From IMG/VR virus record IMGVR_UViG_3300038315_000297, positions 1 to 53,389 of that record: 53,389 bases of DNA; one strand, 5' to 3'. Positions within the stretch are counted from its first letter, which is position 1; the number at the start of each line of letters is the position of its first letter. Position numbers and translations under genes: made by a program. Under the pieces are notes generated by a model. That model worked only from the letters and a program-made list of their open reading frames with translations, searched no databases and was not told where the DNA came from. Shown piece after piece: positions 46,593 through 53,389 of the stretch. This DNA comes from a virus (lineage: Duplodnaviria > Caudoviricetes).

Positions 46593-46994
46593 ATGGCTAA
46601 ACTAGGTGCAAAAGCTGGTTGGAATAATAATTACTGTGAATCTGTAACGGCTGACAAGACATTGGTAGCCAAGGATTCTGGTAAGGTATTCATTCCATCT
46701 GGTGCAGCAAGGACTGTGACTTTACCCACTGTATCAAGCTCTCTCGCAGGATTTCATTGTACTATTATTAGTGGCGATGATAGTGAGCATGTGATATCTG
46801 GTGGTGCAAGCCTAATCTACTATCACGGTAGTTATGGTACTGACCACGCATCCAATACTGGTAGAGACATTCATGAGACTGTATCATCTCTTACATTAGG
46901 TGCTGGCGCAATTAATGATACGATTGATATTTCTTGTGATGGTACATACTGGTACTGTAGCGGGTCAACAAAAGCTACTGTTAATGCGGCTTAG
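46593..46994 (+). CDS. Putative capsid decoration/minor capsid protein
   Basis: Directly after the major capsid gene with SD AGGAGGT; motifs KTLVAKDSGK...TVTLP and CDGTYWY. Confidence 0.6.
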   Translation: MAKLGAKAGWNNNYCESVTADKTLVAKDSGKVFIPSGAARTVTLPTVSSSLAGFHCTIISGDDSEHVISGGASLIYYHGSYGTDHASNTGRDIHETVSSLTLGAGAINDTIDISCDGTYWYCSGSTKATVNAA

Positions 46995-47043
46995 CAATAA
47001 AGTCTAGTAGAGATAAATAGTCCTTCTAGCAATCCGAGTGTTA

Positions 47044-47087
47044 TGTGTCCCTGCTGGGTTTCCTTCCTTTTCCCTAGCGGGGACGCA
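47044..47087 (+). terminator. GC-rich stem-loop after the capsid genes (terminator, processing or stabilising hairpin)
   Basis: GTGTCCCTGCTGGG pairs with CCTAGCGGGGACGC (14 bp, 3 G-U), with loop TTTCCTTCCTTTTC. There is no U-tract, so it is not a canonical intrinsic terminator. Confidence 0.4.
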
Positions 47088-47107
47088 CTCACTCACTTAG
47101 GAGTAGA

Positions 47108-48832
47108 ATGAAACTTTGGGAAAAAGTAAATAATCTATGTGGATGTGGTGGTAAGTCTAGGATTTTGGTAGAACATCTCAATCAAGCATCAAAATGGGTA
47201 GTTAATTCCCTTCCAGAGAAATTTCTATGGTCTGTGGCTTCTACTTCAGAAGTAACTGACTCAGATGGAAGTGGAATAGCGTATGATAAAATATTATCTG
47301 TCTATAGACAACCATCATCTCCATTAACAGATGTAGTTACTAATACCCCATCAGCAGGTACAGCATATTCGTTTACAAAAGCTAGTCATGGTCTTTCTGT
47401 ATCGGATACTGTAAAATTATCTGCATTTACTCAACTTACTAGTCTTAATGGATTAGAATCACAGATAGCAACAGTTGCTGACGCAAGTACTTTCACATTA
47501 GAAGGAGTATTGTCAAATGGTTCTACGGCTGAAACAAGTGTATCTCCAGATGAGGGTGGTACTGTAACTGGCCCTAATGTGGTAAAGAGGATTGCAAAAG
47601 AAGTACCTGACTCTCAGGCATACGCTTTTGAAGACAGCAGTGGTTCTTTGAATAGAGCAACATCCTTATTTCCTAAGTATTATAAACTGGAAGGTAAAAT
47701 TTGGATAAAACCTGATCCAACAACGATACAGAAAGGAGTTATTGTATATGCGGCTCCTCCAGTTGTAGACGAAAATACAGATAGTTGGGTATTAGCAGAA
47801 TATGAGAATATAGTTCTTATGTATGCTGGCTCTTTAGATTTCCTTAGACAGAGTGAATCAAATCAGATTCTTGTAAAAACAGAATTAACAACAGTTGATG
47901 GATTGGTTTCTAGTTATAGTTCTGAGGCTCCAACATATGTTTCTCCAACTTTACCAACTTTGGCTACACTCTCGATGCCTTCCGCGCCATCTCAACCTGT
48001 GTTTTCTTACAATGCACCAAGCGGATTTACTCTTCCCAAGGCGCTTGAAAATGTTCCTTCTAATCCAGTAATGGCTGCGTTGCCTTCAGTTCCTACGGTG
48101 ACATTACCATCGGTTACATACTTTTCAACTAGTGTATCTACTGATATTGCAGATGCAAATACACATTTGACAAATGAAGACCCAGAATTAGTAGCGTCAA
48201 GGATGCAAATTATTGGTGCGCAATTACAGGAATATGGTACTGATATTCAAAATAATATGAATGACTTTAATAAGCAAAATGCAGAGCGGGAAGCAAAACT
48301 AAGACAATATCAACAGGATATTACCAAGTATCAACAAGAAGTTGGAAAGACCATACAAAAATTTGGAGCTGATGTTAGTGATTATCAGGCTCAGGTAGGG
48401 AAGGTTACACAAGATGCACAAACTGAATTAGCATCATACGACAGAGAACAAAGGGATGCGGTGCAGGCATTCACAAAAGAATTAGAACAACATCGTGCTG
48501 AAGTAGGAAGGTACCAGGCTGAAGCAGGTGCAAAAGTACAGGAACATCAAAGAAAGGTTTCTACAGAGCTAGAAAAGTTCCAAGCTTTAATTCAAGAAGG
48601 TACTGCAGCTTTTAATGTCAATATGCAAAAAGCAAAAAGGCATTTAGAGTCAGCTGCTGTAAGGATGCAAATTGCACAACAATATTCTCGAAATTCAGCA
48701 GAAGATTTTCAAAAGTCCCAAACATTGTATGGATGGGCAACATCAGAGTTAAGAGCTGTAACAGGAGGACAATCTGCTCCATCACAACAACAGGTAGAGC
48801 AACGAGGGGAAGAGAGGGCTAGCACACAATGA
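47108..48832 (+). CDS. Virion structural protein (head-tail adaptor-like with insertions and coiled coil)
   Basis: PKYYKLEGKIWIKPDP...YENIVLMYA adaptor-type motif, an HGL..SDTV insertion, a Pro-rich linker and a long Q/E coiled coil. Confidence 0.55.
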   Translation: MKLWEKVNNLCGCGGKSRILVEHLNQASKWVVNSLPEKFLWSVASTSEVTDSDGSGIAYDKILSVYRQPSSPLTDVVTNTPSAGTAYSFTKASHGLSVSDTVKLSAFTQLTSLNGLESQIATVADASTFTLEGVLSNGSTAETSVSPDEGGTVTGPNVVKRIAKEVPDSQAYAFEDSSGSLNRATSLFPKYYKLEGKIWIKPDPTTIQKGVIVYAAPPVVDENTDSWVLAEYENIVLMYAGSLDFLRQSESNQILVKTELTTVDGLVSSYSSEAPTYVSPTLPTLATLSMPSAPSQPVFSYNAPSGFTLPKALENVPSNPVMAALPSVPTVTLPSVTYFSTSVSTDIADANTHLTNEDPELVASRMQIIGAQLQEYGTDIQNNMNDFNKQNAEREAKLRQYQQDITKYQQEVGKTIQKFGADVSDYQAQVGKVTQDAQTELASYDREQRDAVQAFTKELEQHRAEVGRYQAEAGAKVQEHQRKVSTELEKFQALIQEGTAAFNVNMQKAKRHLESAAVRMQIAQQYSRNSAEDFQKSQTLYGWATSELRAVTGGQSAPSQQQVEQRGEERASTQ

Positions 48833-49119
48833 CAGTATTAGAAATTATGGAAAGAGCTGGGACTACAGATACGGAACTAGTTATTGCATATCTAAAGGAT
48901 GCATATACAGCTATTCAATCTAATGCTCCCAAGACTCACAGGGTAAAAAAACAGGATATTTCAAAAGCAACGAGTGGAACTAGTAATCAATATAACATTC
49001 CAGCTGATATGGTAAACTTAGTAAGCGTATCAGTACTTGACACGGAAGATGATAATAAATACAAAGAAATTTCCAGATTAACTGGGAACCTTATTGTGAG
49101 TGAGGATACATCTCCTTGA
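48829..49119 (+). CDS. Putative adaptor/neck protein
   Basis: MTVLEIMER...YNIPADMV pattern, ATGA-coupled. Confidence 0.5.
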   Translation: MTVLEIMERAGTTDTELVIAYLKDAYTAIQSNAPKTHRVKKQDISKATSGTSNQYNIPADMVNLVSVSVLDTEDDNKYKEISRLTGNLIVSEDTSP

Positions 49120-49604
49120 GCAGTCAAACAAATACCCAGTACATATATCAGGTTAAAAATAATAAACTCTTTTTGTGGAAGATTAGGAGTATTGGTGATA
49201 GTGTCCCTACAACATCTGGAGAGATAACGTCATCTGGAACTAATCGTGTTATTTATCCGCCAGAAAATATTACTAATGGATTAAGGATTGAATATGGTTC
49301 GCTAGATAGCTTATTTGTTGATAACGATCCTAATGCCCTCAGTTCTGATAGTAGCGAAACAAGTTGGGGTAATCCTACTCTTACTGAAGAGTCAACCCCA
49401 TCAGAGACAAGTCATTTAAATTTAAGTCGGACTCTTTCTTTAGCGATGGTTGATTATGTAAAGGCTATGATGTCTGACCAAAGCGGAGATTTAGAAAGGC
49501 GGGAAATATATATGAGAGATTTTTATAAAAAAGTTGGAGATGACAAAAGTAATACTTATAGAGTATCTCTTTCATTCCCAGCAAGTCCATACGCAGTGAG
49601 GTAG
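49116..49604 (+). CDS. Putative virion protein (adaptor C-terminal-like)
   Basis: TTG start overlapping the upstream stop; LSLAMVDYVKA helix. Confidence 0.5.
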   Translation: MSSQTNTQYIYQVKNNKLFLWKIRSIGDSVPTTSGEITSSGTNRVIYPPENITNGLRIEYGSLDSLFVDNDPNALSSDSSETSWGNPTLTEESTPSETSHLNLSRTLSLAMVDYVKAMMSDQSGDLERREIYMRDFYKKVGDDKSNTYRVSLSFPASPYAVR

Positions 49605-49610
49605 AATATT

Positions 49611-50111
49611 ATGGCAGGTAGAGTAGAATTTTCAACTAGTATAACCCCAATAGTAACCATAGCAGCTGTTTCTAATGCTTCAGCAGAGCATGATGTTATA
49701 GAATCCGATATTGGTAAATCATTAGGTGGGTCAGCAAGTATAGCCACTACATCTTCAACAGCACATACAACAGTGGGGTATTCATCTGGTACTCCTGCTT
49801 ATGGAAAAGCTATTGCAAATGGGGGCACAAAAGTTCAACTTGGAGCAGATGCCACAGATTATAAGATGGTATTTATAAAGCACACAGGATTTGAATATAG
49901 CACGTCTTCCGCATTGAGCTCAACAGCTAATACTCAGAGTTTAATTGTATATATTGAAACAACAGCAGATATGGCTACATCAGCAAAGTTTACGATACCT
50001 GATGGCGGTGCAGTTTGCATACCAAGTATAGATTTGGGAACGGCTATGGGCCTTTGGACTGAATCAGCTGGTGATGCGACTATTGCAATAGAATATGCAT
50101 TAATTACATAA
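49611..50111 (+). CDS. Putative virion structural protein
   Basis: 166 aa, S/T/A-rich beta protein in the structural operon. Confidence 0.5.
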   Translation: MAGRVEFSTSITPIVTIAAVSNASAEHDVIESDIGKSLGGSASIATTSSTAHTTVGYSSGTPAYGKAIANGGTKVQLGADATDYKMVFIKHTGFEYSTSSALSSTANTQSLIVYIETTADMATSAKFTIPDGGAVCIPSIDLGTAMGLWTESAGDATIAIEYALIT

Positions 50112-50112
50112 T

Positions 50113-50553
50113 ATGCCAGAAGCAAGTAAATCATATGCAAATTGGGAGATTCTACAGGACGCTGACTCTGATATTAGTATACAGTTCAATGATGAATATC
50201 CTATTGATAACTATACTTATAAGGCTAGGATAGTGAAGGACTTTGATGCTACTACATTTGCTCTTGGGTCTGCAGGAAGTATAGACTATATTGAGATTAC
50301 ACAAAGTGCTGTTACTGCAGCTCCTTCATCTGGTGTACAGGTTTATGGAGCTATTACTAAATCTGGTGGTGATGGTAGTTCTGGGGCTACCCCCATTCTA
50401 ACTGTAACTCTTTATGCAATTCAGACCAAAGAGATGCCCAATAGTTTTGAAGGAAAATGGGATTTACTTGAGTTAGATGATTCTGGTGGATACATAAGGC
50501 AGACACAAGGTGACGTAATAGTTAATAATAGTGCAACAGAAAGGTTTACATAA
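50113..50553 (+). CDS. Putative tail/baseplate accessory protein
   Basis: 146 aa with a GKWDLLE...RQTQGDVIV pattern seen in fibre-attachment (BppU-N-like) domains. Confidence 0.45.
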   Translation: MPEASKSYANWEILQDADSDISIQFNDEYPIDNYTYKARIVKDFDATTFALGSAGSIDYIEITQSAVTAAPSSGVQVYGAITKSGGDGSSGATPILTVTLYAIQTKEMPNSFEGKWDLLELDDSGGYIRQTQGDVIVNNSATERFT

Positions 50554-50858
50554 TGGCTGTAACTACAAAAAGTTTCGGAACTAACACTGTCTCAAAGACG
50601 ACAGATAGTTTCAGTATAAATTCATCGGCAATTCCCCATAGTAGTACGAATGTAACTGCTACGAATGTGAGAGATGCTATTGAAGAAGTCGCAACACAGG
50701 TTGCAGTGGGAACAACGGCCCCAACTGGGGAAACTGTTACCGAAGGTGATTTGTGGTACGACACAGATGACGATCAATTATTTGTGAGGAGAGATAGTTC
50801 TTGGACTGAGATGGTTCAAGAAGACCTCACAGGTGATATAGATGGTGGAACATGGTAA
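50553..50858 (+). CDS. Small tail-fibre-associated protein
   Basis: ATNVRDAIEEVA and APT...EGDLWYDTDD; ends DIDGGTW. Confidence 0.6.
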   Translation: MAVTTKSFGTNTVSKTTDSFSINSSAIPHSSTNVTATNVRDAIEEVATQVAVGTTAPTGETVTEGDLWYDTDDDQLFVRRDSSWTEMVQEDLTGDIDGGTW

Positions 50859-50882
50859 TAACAATAACAATAGGAGTTAGCT

Positions 50883-52100
50883 ATGGCTAACAAAGTAAAG
50901 TTCAAAAGAGGCGCAAATTCAGGCTATGCTTCAATGCTGGCTGCTGCGGGCTCTGTTGAAGGTGAACCACACTGGATTACAGATACATATAGTATGTATG
51001 TAGCCACTGGCACAACCACTTCTAAATGGGTAGGAGCTGAGATTCTTGATGAGGATACTTTAAACTCAGATAGCGCCACTAAGTTGGCAACTCAGCAATC
51101 TATTAAAGCCTATGTAGATGCACAGGTAACGGCACAGGACTTAGATATATCGGCTGATAGTGGTAGTAATATCGCTATTGACTTAGATAGTGAAGTCTTG
51201 GCTGTTTCTGGCGGTGAAGGAATTGATACTAGTATTACTGGTAATGCAATTACTATCACTGGTGAAGAGGCATCTGATTCAAACAAGGGAGTAGCCAGTT
51301 TTAGTTCTGACAACTTTCTTGTATCAAGTGGTGTTGTAACTGTTAAAGATGGTGGGGTAGCTAACGATGAGTTGGCTAACTCTGCTATAACGGTTACAGC
51401 TGGTGATGGATTAAAAACAGGTGGTTCTGTTTCTCTCGGTGGCACGGTCACTGTAGATGTAGATGTATCAGACTTTGCAGGAGTAGGTTTAGTAGATGAT
51501 GGTTCGGAGAACCTTGACCTCTCGCTAGACGAAGTAAGTGCGGCGACAGTAGATGTTGCTAATGACTCTATTGCAATTATTGATGCAAACGCTAGTAATG
51601 CAACGAAGAAAGAAGCAATCGCTGATTTAATTGATGCTATTGATGGCACAGGTCTAACGGCCACGGCTGGAGTTCTTTCAGTAGACGCAGCTCAGGCGAT
51701 TACTTCCGTTACTGGCAACTTTACAGTTGATGGTAATCTGATAGTAAGTGGAACTTCAGTAACTACTAACGTAGCGACTGTTGAGGTTGAAGACCCAATG
51801 ATTAAGTTGGCTCACGGAAATACAGGTAGTGATGCACTTGATATAGGTTTCTATGGTACTTATGAAGATGTTGCTGATACTCCAGAATATACTGGACTCA
51901 TAAGGGATGCTAGTGATGGTGATGGGGTATTCATTCTATTTGATAGTTTGACTACTGAACCAAGTACAGGCACGGTAACTGTCGGGTCAAACAACTTTGC
52001 CTACGCGGCACTTAAATGTGCTGATATTACAGGCATTGATGATGACGGGACTGGTAACGCTGAGTTAAGTGGCTTCAATGTTGACGGTGGTACTTGGTAA
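50883..52100 (+). CDS. Tail fibre protein
   Basis: MANKVKFKRG...GEP N-terminus, SATKLATQQSIKAYVD, NKGVASF and VEDPMIKL; ends NVDGGTW. Confidence 0.7.
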   Translation: MANKVKFKRGANSGYASMLAAAGSVEGEPHWITDTYSMYVATGTTTSKWVGAEILDEDTLNSDSATKLATQQSIKAYVDAQVTAQDLDISADSGSNIAIDLDSEVLAVSGGEGIDTSITGNAITITGEEASDSNKGVASFSSDNFLVSSGVVTVKDGGVANDELANSAITVTAGDGLKTGGSVSLGGTVTVDVDVSDFAGVGLVDDGSENLDLSLDEVSAATVDVANDSIAIIDANASNATKKEAIADLIDAIDGTGLTATAGVLSVDAAQAITSVTGNFTVDGNLIVSGTSVTTNVATVEVEDPMIKLAHGNTGSDALDIGFYGTYEDVADTPEYTGLIRDASDGDGVFILFDSLTTEPSTGTVTVGSNNFAYAALKCADITGIDDDGTGNAELSGFNVDGGTW

Positions 52101-52117
52101 TAAATAGGAGATAAGTT

Positions 52118-52372
52118 ATGGCTAATCGCGTTATCCTTAAAAACAAGGAAACAGCCAGTTCAGCTCCTACAGTTCATGCTACAGACCCTGATGGGAATGA
52201 TGACTTGATGAAGGGCGAACTAGCTCTCAACAACAGAGATGGAAAGCTATACTTTGCCAAGACTACTGATGGTATTAACTATACCGCTGGTTACTTTGGT
52301 GATTCTTCGCAGTCCCCAACGTCAGCGGTTGTATCGCAAGAAGCAGTAGCCATGGCAATAGCATTAGGATAA
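52118..52372 (+). CDS. Small tail-fibre-associated protein
   Basis: GELALNNRDGKLYF fibre N-terminal motif; ends AVAMAIALG. Confidence 0.6.
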   Translation: MANRVILKNKETASSAPTVHATDPDGNDDLMKGELALNNRDGKLYFAKTTDGINYTAGYFGDSSQSPTSAVVSQEAVAMAIALG

Positions 52373-52376
52373 AATT

Positions 52377-52721
52377 ATGGCAAACACATTCAGATTAAAG
52401 AATAAAGCAAGTTTAACTACAAGTTTAGCTGACATTTATGAAGTTGATGCTAGTACGACTACAGTTGTACTGGGAATATCATTAGCTAATAAAGATTCGT
52501 CAGCTAGGACTGCAGATGTCCTTGTTGTTTCAGATACGGCACATAGTGGCGAGACTAATGCTAATTGTTATTTAGGTTATCAATTACCAATTCCTGCAGG
52601 AGGCACTCTTGAAGTGATGAGTGGTAATAAGTTAGTTCTTGAGACGACTGATAAGATTCAAGCTAAGGCTAGTGCAGGAAGTGCGATTGATATACTAGTC
52701 TCTATAATGGAGATTACCTAA
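52377..52721 (+). CDS. Phage structural protein
   Basis: MANTF...IPAGGTLEVMSGNKLVLETTDKI...SIMEIT, a common tail-region family pattern. Confidence 0.65.
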   Translation: MANTFRLKNKASLTTSLADIYEVDASTTTVVLGISLANKDSSARTADVLVVSDTAHSGETNANCYLGYQLPIPAGGTLEVMSGNKLVLETTDKIQAKASAGSAIDILVSIMEIT

Positions 52722-53389
52722 TGGGTTATCTAGGTAACGCACCAGCTGACCAAGCAGTACAGATAGGTGATGGAGTAGTAGATACTGACCAGTTGGCTGC
52801 TGATGCAGTTACTAGTGCTAAAATAGAAGACCTTGCGGTAGACACTGAACATATAGCTGCTAGTGCGGTAGAAACTGCAAAGATAAATAATGATGCGGTA
52901 ACACTTGCTAAAATGGCATCAGGCACTGATGGTGCTATGCTTACTTATGATGCAAGTGGTAATCCCGTAGCGATTACAGGTACGGATGGTCAGGTAGCAA
53001 CTTCGGCTGGTGCTAATGCGGTATCAGCTTTTGAAGCGGCGGCTGGTGGAATAACCGAAGCAGATACTTGGAGATTGACTACTGGTGCTACTGGTAGTAT
53101 TAGTCCAATTACAACAAATCTTGAACGAGACGATACTTATGCAAATGGTTTGTTAGGAACAGGTATGTCCGAAAGTTCAGGAGTCTTTACATTTCCTTCA
53201 ACTGGATATTGGTATGTAACATTTGCTATTACCGTAGAAGTCCAAAGTGGGCAAGAAGATGATTATATATCACCCAGAATATATGTTACAACTGATAATG
53301 GAAGTAATTGGTATCAAGCGACAGAGTTATATAATGCTACATCTGGTCATAGTGGAGCCAGTTATTTATCAGTTTTAGTGTCTAAAATC
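52721..53389 (+). CDS. Tail fibre protein, 3'-truncated (not in ORF track)
   Basis: MGYLGNAPAD, then about 10-aa repeats (DAVTSAKIED, SAVETAKINN, DAVTLAKMAS), then GGITEADTWRLT...FTFPSTGYWYV. The frame is open to the window end. Confidence 0.75.
   Translation, partial: MGYLGNAPADQAVQIGDGVVDTDQLAADAVTSAKIEDLAVDTEHIAASAVETAKINNDAVTLAKMASGTDGAMLTYDASGNPVAITGTDGQVATSAGANAVSAFEAAAGGITEADTWRLTTGATGSISPITTNLERDDTYANGLLGTGMSESSGVFTFPSTGYWYVTFAITVEVQSGQEDDYISPRIYVTTDNGSNWYQATELYNATSGHSGASYLSVLVSKI

Noticed and set aside
52726-52926. Minus-strand 66-aa ORF in the ORF track
   Set aside because: It is the shadow of the plus-strand tail-fibre gene starting at 52721, which runs off the window.
1-53389. 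Stop-codon reassignment as in some crAss-like phages
   Set aside because: The standard code gives near-complete coding density. TAA, TAG and TGA all end genes that are followed by SD and start codons, and no suppressor tRNA was seen.

Overview
A near-complete, circularly permuted genome of an uncultured tailed dsDNA phage with podovirus-type architecture. Both window ends fall inside tail genes. There are two divergent transcription blocks. (1) A minus-strand early/replication block (36669->22817) holds many small ORFs, a P-loop kinase, a ParB-like protein, a Cas4-like exonuclease, a Rad52/Sak annealase, an SSB, tRNA-Asn(GTT), DUF932, a Dam-type methyltransferase, DnaB and RuvC, but no recognisable DNA polymerase, primase or integrase. 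(2) A plus-strand late block (36834->53389, continuing at 1->22820) holds TerS, a metallophosphoesterase, TerL, an M15 endolysin, portal, scaffold, major capsid, adaptor and tail-fibre genes, a tail tube/nozzle and five candidate ejection proteins. The main result is the 3228-aa ejection-cluster protein (9478..19164). It carries double-psi beta-barrel RNA polymerase motifs in the correct order (KGRRDGQGS..., GRQP, GDFDGD). These follow a HEXXH zincin protease motif and a string of accessory domains (KOW, a small phage domain, DprA/SLOG, MazG-like, HeH/SAP). It is therefore probably an injected, polyvalent virion RNA polymerase. Strong Shine-Dalgarno use and the replication gene set differ from typical crAss-like phages. 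The divergent control region has a sigma70-like late promoter, palindromes, an N4-like C(GAA)G template-strand hairpin and a perfect homopurine mirror repeat. All assignments come from reading motifs by eye; no database searches were run.
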